Shown piece by piece: positions 5,934 through 14,803 of a stretch of DNA of 54,918 nt. Numbering within the stretch: position 1 is the stretch's first letter; each line of letters begins with the position of its first letter. The stretch covers positions 1-54,918 of the forward strand of contig JASFLY010000020.1 in NCBI GenBank assembly GCA_050117845.1, read 5' to 3'. This DNA comes from Candidatus Zixiibacteriota bacterium (GTDB lineage: Bacteria; RBG-13-66-14; B26-G2; WVWN01). The translations under genes were made by a program, and so were the position numbers. The notes beneath the pieces were generated by a model. That model was not told the origin of the DNA and did no database searches. It worked only from the letters and a program-made list of their open reading frames with translations.

Positions 5934-8658
5934 TCGTCCCCTCCACGATCCTTATCTCCTCATCCGTCAGGCCGTACAGCTCGTAGACCAGGGTGTCTAT
6001 TTTGCGGTCGGTGGCGGCGACGGCGCGCTGGAGGCGTTGCTTGTCGGCGTCGGATTTGGCGGCGGCGAGGCGCTTGTTGAGCTCGAGCATCTCCTCCACC
6101 AACGCCACCATCTTGTCGTGCCGCGCGACGTCGGCGGGGTCGTTATCGATTATCCCGATAATCGGCAATGTTTCAATTTCAAATACGCGCATTTCGATAT
6201 ACCCGCCTCGCATAGAAGTCGCGGCGTATTTCCTCCTAACGTAGTATTTGAATAGGGTCGAGTTTAAAATCCCTAAAACATAACAAGAATTCATAAAACC
6301 TGAGTCGATTATATAAACCGTATTTACCGCCCCGACATCCTCGTTAGGAATGGTCGCGTTGATGGAATAACAAATTTTCTTCATAACGATGTCGCTGGGT
6401 TTTACTAAAAACGTATCTTCTCGATTTAAAAACTGGTCAACATATAATATATGGTACTTCTGGACTTCTTTATTAGTAAGACCCCTAATATAACCTTCTC
6501 GTTCTTTACCGATTAAGGATTTCGCGGTAGGTTTGCCCCTTTTAACCTTTAAGGCTTTTTCCCCTTTCTCTTCTACCTTTCTTAAAATGGTGTCCCCGTA
6601 AATATCGAACGGGCTACCATCCTCCGGGCAAACGGTATTTTGTTTACCTTCGTACGTTTTAAATATCCTCCCCTCTTCGCCTTTCAGAACTGTAGTAACG
6701 CTTCCACGTTGGGGTAGCTCGTTTTTGATAATAAGAATAAACGGGTAAGTAGAAGGTCCGAAAAATACCTTCTCGTGGCTAACGTCCACTATTTGGGTTA
6801 TTTTAAACCCCTTGCGTAAGAATTCCCTTAGTTTGCGCCCGTATTGCGTAATCGCGAATTTATTCGAAGTAATCATACCGAATGTGCCTGAGGGTTTTAG
6901 TAGCTCTAATCCTTTTTCGTAGAATAACTGATATAAGTCGAATTGACCTTTTGGCGTTACATACTTAAATAAATAATAATCCCTTTCTTCAGATCCGATA
7001 TTATGTATTCTCACATACGGCGGGTTGCCGATCACGGCGTCGAAGCCGCCGGCCTTCATTATCCCCTCGAACTCCACTTCCCAATCGAACGGGTTGACGC
7101 GGCGCCGTTCCTCCTCGGAAGGCATCAACTGGCCCTCGAAGTAGTCCGAGCCTATTAGCGAGTTGCCGCATTTGATGTTGGCGTCGAGCGGCGGCAGTAG
7201 GGCCGCCTTCAACAGCGACTGCGCGTCCACGTCCTCCAGGACCTTGAGGTACAGCGACATCCGCGTGACCTCGCACGCCTGCGGGTCTATGTCCACGCCG
7301 AAGATGTTGTTTACCAGAATCTGCCCCTTGTACTTGGCGGTTAGGCGGTGCTTGCCCTCGTCCCCGTCCCACCAGCACGAGGCCGCGAGGCCTTTCCCTA
7401 TCTTGTCCGGGTTGGCGTTGAAGTAGTCCTCGTGCCAGTCGATGAGGCGCTGGAAGGCCCCGAGCAGGAAGGATCCGGAGCCGCAGGCGGGGTCCAGTAT
7501 TTTGAGTTTGGCCGCGGCGGCCGGCGTCTTGCACTTACGCAGGAGTTCGCCGACGGTATTCTCGACTATATAATCGACTATATACTTGGGGGTGTAGTAG
7601 ACGCCGCCGGCCTTGCGGACCTCGGGCTTCTCCTCGACGACGGCCCGGTGGCTTTTGGTGAGGCGGATGGTGGAGCCCAGGAAGCGCTCGTAAATGGTCC
7701 CCAGCATCTCGACGCCGACGACGTTGAACTGATACGGGCACTCGGGGTAGTAGAGCGACTTGACGAAGTCGCGGAGCGGCTTGTCGTCGACGATAAGGTC
7801 TTCGGAGAAGTGGGGCTCGAATAGTTCGCCGTTGTACTGCGGCTCGAGGTAGCGGAACTTGTCCACCATGTAGCGGTAGAGCGGCTTCTCCCGCTCGCGC
7901 TCCCAGCGGTTCAGGGCGTCGAGCAGGAGCTCCACCGCCTCTATCTCGCGGTCCTCGATGACGCGCATGAAGATGCAGCGGTCGAGGATGCGCTGGACGG
8001 CCTCGTTGATGTCGTGGACGCCGACGTCGCCGTTGCGGAGCGCGATGACGCGGGCGAGTTCGGCCCGCCACTCGTTCAGGCCCTCGAAGAAGGTGCGGTC
8101 TAACGCCTCCTTGTTGCGGGTGCGGCGTGCCCTGGGGAGGAGTTCGCGGAGGACTCCGGCGGCGACGGCCTCCCGGGAGAAGACGGCGGCCAGCTCGTCC
8201 CATTTGTCAACGTATTCGGAATACTCGAGGAGATACGGCTTGAACAGGCCGCGGGCCTTATTTTCGTAAACGGGTTGAAGGCCGGTATCGTACAGGCGGA
8301 ATTCGGCGAAGTTGGTCAGTATGCCGAAGTCCACCGGGAGGTTGTAGCCGTAGCGTTTGGTCTGGAAAATGAAGTCGGCGTCGTCTATCTTTTTACGGAA
8401 GTCCTTGGCCTCGAGGACGAATTGCGGCTTGCCCTTGAGTTGGAAACAGAAGTCGGCGTGCTTGGTGCTGGCGCGGAGGCGGACCCGTTTTTCCTTTACG
8501 ACCTCGCGCGGATCGCGGACGTTCCACCCGAGCGCCTTCCAGAACGGTTCAATGTAGCTCGTGCAGAGTTGGGCCTCGTCGAAGCTGTCCGGCGTCGGCC
8601 CTCCCTTCAAGCGCTCAAATTCCTCCACCAACGTCTTAATGCTATCAGGTGCCGCCAT
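5920..8658 (-). CDS. Type IIG restriction-modification enzyme (Eco57I/TaqI-C-like fused REase-MTase-TRD)
   Basis: N-terminal ADF...LEAK nuclease motif, LTNF, GVYYTP, DPACGSGSFL, GNPPY (amino-MTase), C-terminal LVYELYGLT. Confidence 0.93.
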   Translation of the reverse strand: MAAPDSIKTLVEEFERLKGGPTPDSFDEAQLCTSYIEPFWKALGWNVRDPREVVKEKRVRLRASTKHADFCFQLKGKPQFVLEAKDFRKKIDDADFIFQTKRYGYNLPVDFGILTNFAEFRLYDTGLQPVYENKARGLFKPYLLEYSEYVDKWDELAAVFSREAVAAGVLRELLPRARRTRNKEALDRTFFEGLNEWRAELARVIALRNGDVGVHDINEAVQRILDRCIFMRVIEDREIEAVELLLDALNRWEREREKPLYRYMVDKFRYLEPQYNGELFEPHFSEDLIVDDKPLRDFVKSLYYPECPYQFNVVGVEMLGTIYERFLGSTIRLTKSHRAVVEEKPEVRKAGGVYYTPKYIVDYIVENTVGELLRKCKTPAAAAKLKILDPACGSGSFLLGAFQRLIDWHEDYFNANPDKIGKGLAASCWWDGDEGKHRLTAKYKGQILVNNIFGVDIDPQACEVTRMSLYLKVLEDVDAQSLLKAALLPPLDANIKCGNSLIGSDYFEGQLMPSEEERRRVNPFDWEVEFEGIMKAGGFDAVIGNPPYVRIHNIGSEERDYYLFKYVTPKGQFDLYQLFYEKGLELLKPSGTFGMITSNKFAITQYGRKLREFLRKGFKITQIVDVSHEKVFFGPSTYPFILIIKNELPQRGSVTTVLKGEEGRIFKTYEGKQNTVCPEDGSPFDIYGDTILRKVEEKGEKALKVKRGKPTAKSLIGKEREGYIRGLTNKEVQKYHILYVDQFLNREDTFLVKPSDIVMKKICYSINATIPNEDVGAVNTVYIIDSGFMNSCYVLGILNSTLFKYYVRRKYAATSMRGGYIEMRVFEIETLPIIGIIDNDPADVARHDKMVALVEEMLELNKRLAAAKSDADKQRLQRAVAATDRKIDTLVYELYGLTDEEIRIVEGTSGPQ

Positions 8659-8740
8659 AAACCCTCCGGGGATGGGGGAGCGTGATATCCGTTATAATAT
8701 AGTGGGGCGACAAGGACTGTCAACGTTAAAAACCCGGTGG

Positions 8741-9094
8741 CCGACAGGAATGTCGTGGAGACAGTGGGCTTGGGGACAGTGGGCTTAAGCCCACTGTCTA
8801 AACCACCCTTAAGGCCGCACAGCTGTGCGGCCCTACGACCCCGCCCCGGGCATTCCCGCCGGTGGTTCTCCCCCTGTGGCGTCGGATGTTACCATCCGAC
8901 GCGCCGTCAGGTGGTAACACCTGACGGCACCCCAAAAGCGCCGGGCCGGTCTGAAGACCGGCCCCTACGACCCCGACCCCGTAAGGCCGGTAGGGGCGCA
9001 ACGCGTTGCGCCCGTACAACATTTCCGGCGGTCGGTGGCGTCGGGTGCCGCCGTTCGGATCACCGGCAGGAATGCCGGTGGCACGCCTGGTAAC
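8741..9094. repeat. Large mosaic REP cluster
   Basis: At least 7 distinct palindrome types in tandem; parts are repeated at 13617-13768, 3108-3170 and 4893-4938. Confidence 0.9.
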
Positions 9095-9194
9095 TCGTTT
9101 TCCAACATTTTCCGAAATCAATAGGGCGTTTTTTGGCGTCGTTTTCGATAAGTCCAAGCCGGTCAGTACTTTACGCCGTTTGCGGCATTTTTCG

Positions 9195-9223
9195 AAAAAA
9201 AAGGGCCGCGCTATCACGCGGCC
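9195..9223 (-). terminator. Rho-independent terminator after the lipoprotein cluster
   Basis: GGGCCGCG stem followed by T7 on the minus strand. Confidence 0.75.
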
Positions 9224-9256
9224 CCGCCGGGGTCGGGTTTCGTTCACGCCGTTTAT

Positions 9257-10297
9257 TTATTCGCCGCCGGTATACCGGAGGATCCGGCCTTCCCGCAGAT
9301 CGAGATTCCCGTTGGGGAAGCTCATTATCCAGGCCTCGCCCGGGGCCGGCGTCGCGCAGGCGTTCACGTACCAGTTGTTGTCGGGGAGGGGCGAGGCCGT
9401 AATCCGGCCGTCCTTCAACCGCCACGCCTTGACGCCGACGTTCTCGGCGTCGGAGAGTATCCACCCGGAATTCGGGCCGTAGAAGGCCGCGGCCTCCAGC
9501 GGCGGCGTCCCATCCGGGAGCGGCACCTCGGCCCAGTTCGCGCCGTCGTAGTGGAGCAGGACGCCCCGGTAATAGGGCCCCCGGTAGCCGACGACCCATA
9601 CGTCGTCGGGCGCCGTCAGTACTATCTCCTCCAGTTTTTCCACGGGGTCGCCGCTTACGTACTCGTCGATGTTCTGCGGCGTCCAGGTCGAACCGTCCCA
9701 GCGCAGAACGTCCTCCCCCAGGCCGACGTCGGCGAGCGCCCAGCCGTCGGCCGGTCCCGACATCGCGAGGGACCAGGCCCCGTCGTCGTATTGCCGCGTC
9801 CACGAGGCGCCGTCGTAGAATAGTATGCCCTGGGCGGCCGCCAGCCACCCGGCGTCGGGCGACGTGAAGGAAAGGTCACGGTATACCGCCGAGAACCCCG
9901 TCCGTCGCGGCACCTCGACGATACGCCAATTCGCGCCGTCGTAATGGAGCAGCGTTGCATCCGGGAACGGATACTCCAATTCCAGTGACCCGGCGACCCA
10001 GACGTCGGCCGGGCCCGGCGCCGCTATCGCCTTGCAGTAAATATCCCACCGCGCCGGGTCGGGGCAGAAGTCCAGGACCTCGCGCCATTCCCAACCGTTG
10101 TAGTGCAGGACCTTGTCTCCGCAAACGGCCCACCCGTCGCCGGGCGAATTGAACCAGAAGTCGCCGGTCGGTGCGTATACGGACGAGGCCCGGTAGGAGT
10201 ATTCCCAGTCGCTTTCGGCCTGGCTGGACGTCCCGTCGTCGCAAGAATACAAAAACGCCGCCGCTATTATGATACCCGTTAATCCCAGCTTCCGCAT
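9257..10297 (-). CDS. Lipoprotein with YDGxxW beta-propeller repeats (type B, copy 2)
   Basis: Lipobox LYSC; repeated GWA...YDGxxW; paralog of 11455-12501. Confidence 0.85.
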   Translation of the reverse strand: MRKLGLTGIIIAAAFLYSCDDGTSSQAESDWEYSYRASSVYAPTGDFWFNSPGDGWAVCGDKVLHYNGWEWREVLDFCPDPARWDIYCKAIAAPGPADVWVAGSLELEYPFPDATLLHYDGANWRIVEVPRRTGFSAVYRDLSFTSPDAGWLAAAQGILFYDGASWTRQYDDGAWSLAMSGPADGWALADVGLGEDVLRWDGSTWTPQNIDEYVSGDPVEKLEEIVLTAPDDVWVVGYRGPYYRGVLLHYDGANWAEVPLPDGTPPLEAAAFYGPNSGWILSDAENVGVKAWRLKDGRITASPLPDNNWYVNACATPAPGEAWIMSFPNGNLDLREGRILRYTGGE

Positions 10298-10312
10298 CGG
10301 TACCCCCCTCGC

Positions 10313-11323
10313 TTATTGGCCCGCCGGCCGGTGCCAGATTTTGGTTATGGTCGTATCGACCGACGTGGTGCATACCCAGGTCTCGCCGTCCGCGAATACC
10401 CATATTTCGTTGATGACGCCGTCCTCCAGGTAGAGGTTGTCGGTCGCCGCGGTCCCGTCGTGCGCCCACAATTGCGTCGGCCAGGAGGTGCCGTACTCGA
10501 GGACCCAACCCGTGCCGTCGGCGGCGACGCCGCACTTGTTAATTTTATACAGGTTCCCGGGCCAGTTGAGCTCTTTCCACGAAACGCCGTCGTACCGGTA
10601 GAAGAGGGGGAACGTTTTCCGTTCGTAGCCTTCTCCCGTTATCCCGCGGCCCACCGCCCACCAGAGGTCGGCCGAGGCGGCGCTGACGTCGTAAATTCCC
10701 CCCTCGTCCATCTCGCACAACGTCACGGGCGTCCAACCGACGCCGTCCCAGCGGTAGAGGTACGTTGATACGGCGGCCCAGCCGTCGTCTTCGCTCGCGA
10801 AACATATGTCACGGACGTTCCCCGCGACCTGGAGGGTCCAGTTTCCGTTTTCGTAGTAATAGATGCCCTCGTCGGTGGCCATCCAGCCCCGGCTGTCTGA
10901 CGGGAAGTAAATCTCGCACGTATCGAGGTAGGTGCCGACGACGGGAACGTCCTCCCACGCATTGCCGTCGTAATGGTACAACTTGTCTTCCCATCCCGAT
11001 CTTCCGGCCACCCAGATGTTGTCCGGGCGCGCCGCGCTTATGGCCCGGAAGAACGGCGCCTCCCGGGGAAAGGAGTCCCGCACCCTGTGGGCTACGGTCC
11101 AGCTTGCGCCGTCGTAGTGCAGGATTTTGTCGTCGACGCAGGCCCACCCGTCGTTCGGGCCGTTGAACCAGAGGTCCATAATGCCGCCCGACCCTATTTC
11201 GGCCTGCATCGTGAAGACCTTGTCCCATCCCATCTCCGCTTCGTACTCGCGGTCTTCGCCGCACGAAATGAAAAGGACGGCGAGGCTCGCGACCGCCACC
11301 GTCGTACGCAATACTTTGATCAT
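10313..11323 (-). CDS. Lipoprotein with YDGxxW beta-propeller repeats (type A, copy 2)
   Basis: Lipobox FISC; paralog of 12519-13532. Confidence 0.85.
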   Translation of the reverse strand: MIKVLRTTVAVASLAVLFISCGEDREYEAEMGWDKVFTMQAEIGSGGIMDLWFNGPNDGWACVDDKILHYDGASWTVAHRVRDSFPREAPFFRAISAARPDNIWVAGRSGWEDKLYHYDGNAWEDVPVVGTYLDTCEIYFPSDSRGWMATDEGIYYYENGNWTLQVAGNVRDICFASEDDGWAAVSTYLYRWDGVGWTPVTLCEMDEGGIYDVSAASADLWWAVGRGITGEGYERKTFPLFYRYDGVSWKELNWPGNLYKINKCGVAADGTGWVLEYGTSWPTQLWAHDGTAATDNLYLEDGVINEIWVFADGETWVCTTSVDTTITKIWHRPAGQ

Positions 11324-11356
11324 TTAGAACCCCCTTCAGGTTATGTCGTACGAATT

Positions 11357-11385
11357 GATATAACATCGGTGCATGGGTTTGTCAA
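11357..11385 (-). promoter_or_regulatory. sigma70-type promoter (duplicated with the unit)
   Basis: TTGACA-17 nt-TATATC with TG extension; homologous to 13564-13592. Confidence 0.6.
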
Positions 11386-11454
11386 GGTTGTTCTCCCGTG
11401 CGAAACGGCGGGCCCCGATACATCCGCCTCGCCCCGCGGCCCGCATCGACGTCG

Positions 11455-12501
11455 TTACTCGGCGCCGGTGTAACGAAGAACGTAACTGTCGTTCGAATAA
11501 AGGTTCGGATTGGGGAACGCTATGGCCCACGCCTCGCCCGGCGCCGGCGTCGCGACCGCCTTGACGTACCAGGTGTTCCCGGGCAGCGGCGCGGCCGAGA
11601 CGGCGCCGTCGTGGAGGCGCCATGCCTTCACGCCGACGTTCTCCTCGTCGGATACGAGCCAACCCGAGTCGGCGCCGTCGAAAGCCCCGGCCTCGAGCGA
11701 CGGCGTCCCCTCCGGGAGGGCTACCTCCGACCACGACGTCCCGTCGTATCGCAGGACGTGGCCGCGGAAGTAGGGGCCGCGGAAGCCGATCACCCAGCCG
11801 TCGTCCGGCGCCCGGAAATTTATTTCCTCGAGGATCTGGACGCGGTCGCCGGATTCGTACTCCCCGCCGATGCCCTGCGGCGTCCAGCTCGAGCCGTCCC
11901 AATGAATAACGTCCGCCCGGCCCTCCACGGAGGCGAGCGCCCAACCGTCGTTCGCGCTCAACATCGTGAGGGAGCGGGCGGGATTTTCGAATTGGAGCGT
12001 CCAGGTCGCGCCGTCGTAATAGTATATACCCTGGGAGCAGGCGAGCCATCCCGCGTCGGGGGCGAGGAAGAACAGGTCCCGCATGATGGGCGGCCACAGC
12101 CCCTCGTACGGGATGAGGTAGGGGGTCCACTCCTCGCCGTCGTAATGAACCAGGTTCGTTTGGGGATAACCTATTTTTAACGACCCGCCGACCCAGACGT
12201 CGTCGGGGGCGAGGGCGCAGACGGCTTCGCAGTAGATATCGCCTATAGAGGGGTCGGTATTGAAATCGTGGAACTCGCGCCATTCGCCGCCGTCGTAGCG
12301 CAGGACCTTGTCGCCCATCGTGGCCCATCCGTCGCCCGGCGCGCAAAACCAGAAGTCGGCTACGGCCTCGGGGACGGGGGACGTCCCGAAGGCCGTTTCC
12401 CATTGGCTTTCCGGCGAGGCCGGGCCGGACGTCCCGTCGTCATCACAGGAGTACGCCAGCGCCGCCGCGATGATAATTGCCGTTAGTCGTAGCTTTCGCA
12501 T
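11455..12501 (-). CDS. Lipoprotein with YDGxxW beta-propeller repeats (type B, copy 1)
   Basis: Start MRKLRLTAII at 12501; lipobox AYSC. Confidence 0.85.
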   Translation of the reverse strand: MRKLRLTAIIIAAALAYSCDDDGTSGPASPESQWETAFGTSPVPEAVADFWFCAPGDGWATMGDKVLRYDGGEWREFHDFNTDPSIGDIYCEAVCALAPDDVWVGGSLKIGYPQTNLVHYDGEEWTPYLIPYEGLWPPIMRDLFFLAPDAGWLACSQGIYYYDGATWTLQFENPARSLTMLSANDGWALASVEGRADVIHWDGSSWTPQGIGGEYESGDRVQILEEINFRAPDDGWVIGFRGPYFRGHVLRYDGTSWSEVALPEGTPSLEAGAFDGADSGWLVSDEENVGVKAWRLHDGAVSAAPLPGNTWYVKAVATPAPGEAWAIAFPNPNLYSNDSYVLRYTGAE

Positions 12502-12518
12502 AAAGTACCCCCGTTCGG

Positions 12519-13532
12519 TTACCACGCGGGCGGATAATGCCATATCCGGGTTATCGTCGTATTGTCGGAAATAGTGCTGGCCCACGTCTCGCCGCCGGGC
12601 ATTACCGCGATTTCTTCTATGATTTCCTCGCGGCCCAGCCGCTTCTCGTCGAGTATCGTCGCTCCGTCGAAGAAGCACATCCGGGTCGAAAAATAGGTTC
12701 CGTACGCGAGTACCCATCCGGTCCCGTCGGCGGCGACGCCGCACTTCTCGATTCGATAATCCGAATCGGGCCAGTTCACTTCCTTCCACGAGACGCCGTC
12801 GTACCGGTAGAAGAGGGGGAAGTATTCCCTCTCCTCCCAGATTATCTCATACCCGTAGCCGACGGCCCACCCCAGGTCGGGCGAGGCGAAGCTGACGTCG
12901 TAGAAAGCGCCGCCGTCCATTTCGCGCGCTTCCCAGCGCGTCCAGGCCGAACCGTCCCAGTGGTAGATATACTGCCCCGCGCACGCCCATCCGTCGTTCT
13001 CGGCCGGGAAGCAGAGGTCGTACGCGGCCCCCGGTACTTGAAACGTCCAGTCGCCGCCGTCGTAATAATAAACGCCCTGGCCGGTCGCGATCCAACCACG
13101 GTCCCCGTAGGGGAAATACGTGTCGGTTATGTTTGCGTAGGAGACCGGGCTGGGGACCTTTTCCCACTTGTCGCCGTCGAAGTGGTGAAGGTTGTCCTTC
13201 CATCCCCATCCCGAACTGGCCCAGATATTATCGGCGCTAACGGCGCACAGGGAATTGAAGAAGATGATGTCTTCGGGGAAAAGGTCCCGGATGCGGTGGG
13301 CGACCCGCCATTCGGAACCGTCGTAATGCAGGATTTTGTCGTCCACGCACGCCCACCCGTCGTCGGGGGCGTTGAACCAGAGGTCCGATATGCCTTCGGA
13401 ATCGACCTCGGCCTGCATCTGGTAGACGGTGATCCACCCGTCCGCGACCTCGTATTCGCGGTCCTCTCCGCACGAAAATAAAATGACGGCGAGACTCGCG
13501 ACCGTCACCGCCGTACGTAACACTTTGACCAT
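12519..13532 (-). CDS. Lipoprotein with YDGxxW beta-propeller repeats (type A, copy 1)
   Basis: Start MVKVLRT at 13532; lipobox LFSC. Confidence 0.85.
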   Translation of the reverse strand: MVKVLRTAVTVASLAVILFSCGEDREYEVADGWITVYQMQAEVDSEGISDLWFNAPDDGWACVDDKILHYDGSEWRVAHRIRDLFPEDIIFFNSLCAVSADNIWASSGWGWKDNLHHFDGDKWEKVPSPVSYANITDTYFPYGDRGWIATGQGVYYYDGGDWTFQVPGAAYDLCFPAENDGWACAGQYIYHWDGSAWTRWEAREMDGGAFYDVSFASPDLGWAVGYGYEIIWEEREYFPLFYRYDGVSWKEVNWPDSDYRIEKCGVAADGTGWVLAYGTYFSTRMCFFDGATILDEKRLGREEIIEEIAVMPGGETWASTISDNTTITRIWHYPPAW

Positions 13533-13563
13533 TACAAACCCCCTTAGGTTTCCCGCTGAAATT

Positions 13564-13592
13564 GGTATAACATCGGCCCGGTATTTTGTCAA
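13564..13592 (-). promoter_or_regulatory. sigma70-type promoter
   Basis: TTGACA-17 nt-TATACC with TG extension. Confidence 0.6.
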
Positions 13593-13616
13593 GGGGAGGC
13601 TGGGGCGCGGCACACG

Positions 13617-13867
13617 GTGGCGTCGGATGTTACCATCCGACGCGCCGTCAGGTGGTAACACCTGACGGCACCCCGGCGGTACGCGGTAGGGGCGCAACGC
13701 GTTGCGCCCGTACGACATTTTGCGCGGTTCGGATCACCGGCAGGAATGCCGGTGCCACGCCTGCTAACACCTGACGGCACGGCCTCGATGCGCCGTGTCC
13801 GGAGGCCTCGGCGTTCACGCCGGGGTAGGTCACCGGCATCGGCCTACAACGCCGCGTTCACGCGGCG
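13617..13867. repeat. Mosaic REP cluster plus IS200-like double hairpin
   Basis: 13617-13674 is identical to 8876-8933; 13805-13867 resembles 702-767. Confidence 0.88.
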
Positions 13868-13878
13868 ATGGGGCAGAG

Positions 13879-13904
13879 AAAAAGGCGAGCGTTACGCTCG
13901 CCTT
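13879..13904 (-). terminator. Rho-independent terminator after the selenoprotein candidate
   Basis: AAGGCGAGCG-TAA-CGCTCGCCTTTTT on the minus strand, just after the TAG at 13933. Confidence 0.8.
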
Positions 13905-13932
13905 CTTACGTACGTAAATTAGCTTCGGGCCG

Positions 13933-14685
13933 CTAGTTGAACAGCGCCCGCACCCGGCCGAGCGACGTCGGTGCTACCGCCGGGTTGTACGACTTCGCGC
14001 CCATGTCCTTGCCGCCTTCCGCGGCGCCGCGGCAGGGCGAAGTGGATTTAAGGTAGTAATTGTCGTTGATGTAGCTTACGAAGAGGGGTTCCTGATTGAT
14101 CTCACCGGTGCCCGGAGATGGTACGAAACTGTACCAAGTTCCGCCACCTCAACCCGGGCAGAAGTACATATAATTGCCGCTCGAGTTGTGGTCGACGTCG
14201 TTGTAGGAGATGAGGGTAACCCCGGTGGACTCGTGTTTGGCGATACCGTAGGTGGCGCCGCCGTAGATGATGTTGTTCTTGATCGTGGCCGTCGAGTACT
14301 CCCACACGCGGATTCCGGCGATGCCGTTCGACTTGCAGATGGTGTTGCCGTTGACGATGGCGTTGCCGCCGTTCTGCACGTTGATGGCGCCGTAATAGCC
14401 GGCGTTGTAGAGGCAACAACCCTCGATGTTCAACTCCGCTCCCGCCGAGCCGACGATAATGGACCCGCCGTCCAGGTCGACGTACGCGCCGTTGCCGCGG
14501 ATACAGGACTTCTTACCGATGGCCATACCGCACCCGCCGGTGTACGTCTTGCTTTCGTCGAGGATAAGGAGCTTGTCGTAGCCCTCTCCCGGCCCCGCCT
14601 TGTCGTACTCCTGCTGGAGGCTCAGGCCGAACGCGGCCGTCGCGCCAATACACAAACAAACCGTTATGGTCGACAGTAACTTCAT
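13933..14685 (-). CDS. Secreted right-handed beta-helix protein, predicted selenoprotein (Sec179 in CPGU), 250 aa
   Basis: Strong SD AAGGAGGTGA; signal peptide; beta-helix repeats (GNTI, IKNNII, ISYNDV); in-frame TGA at 14149-14151 followed by 71 further sense codons and a SECIS-like hairpin. Confidence 0.85.
14107..14148 (-). promoter_or_regulatory. Bacterial SECIS-like stem-loop
   Basis: GGUG-G-CGGA-ACU-UGGUAC[AGUUUC]GUACCA-UC-UCCG-GG-CACC immediately 3' of the UGA. Confidence 0.8.
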
Positions 14686-14745
14686 ACGTTCACCTCCTTC
14701 TTATACATTTTTATTCCTGGTTATTCAATATACCTCTCTGTCTGA

Positions 14746-14773
14746 ATTATAACAGGGCCCCGCGGCAGGTCAA
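14746..14773 (-). promoter_or_regulatory. sigma70-type promoter
   Basis: TTGACC-16 nt-TATAAT with TG extension. Confidence 0.65.
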
Positions 14774-14803
14774 GTTTTTTCTAAACTATTATAGGAAAGG
14801 GAC

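Noticed and set aside
4076..6066. Diversity-generating retroelement TR/VR pair
   Set aside because: Differences between copies are not adenine-specific and no reverse transcriptase is in the window.
14149..14151. UGA as Trp/Gly (genetic code 4 or 25) or a simple nonsense mutation
   Set aside because: Other genes here end normally in TGA (for example nfo and mscS with ATGA overlaps), Trp is TGG, and the CxxU context, hairpin and tRNA-Sec favour selenocysteine.
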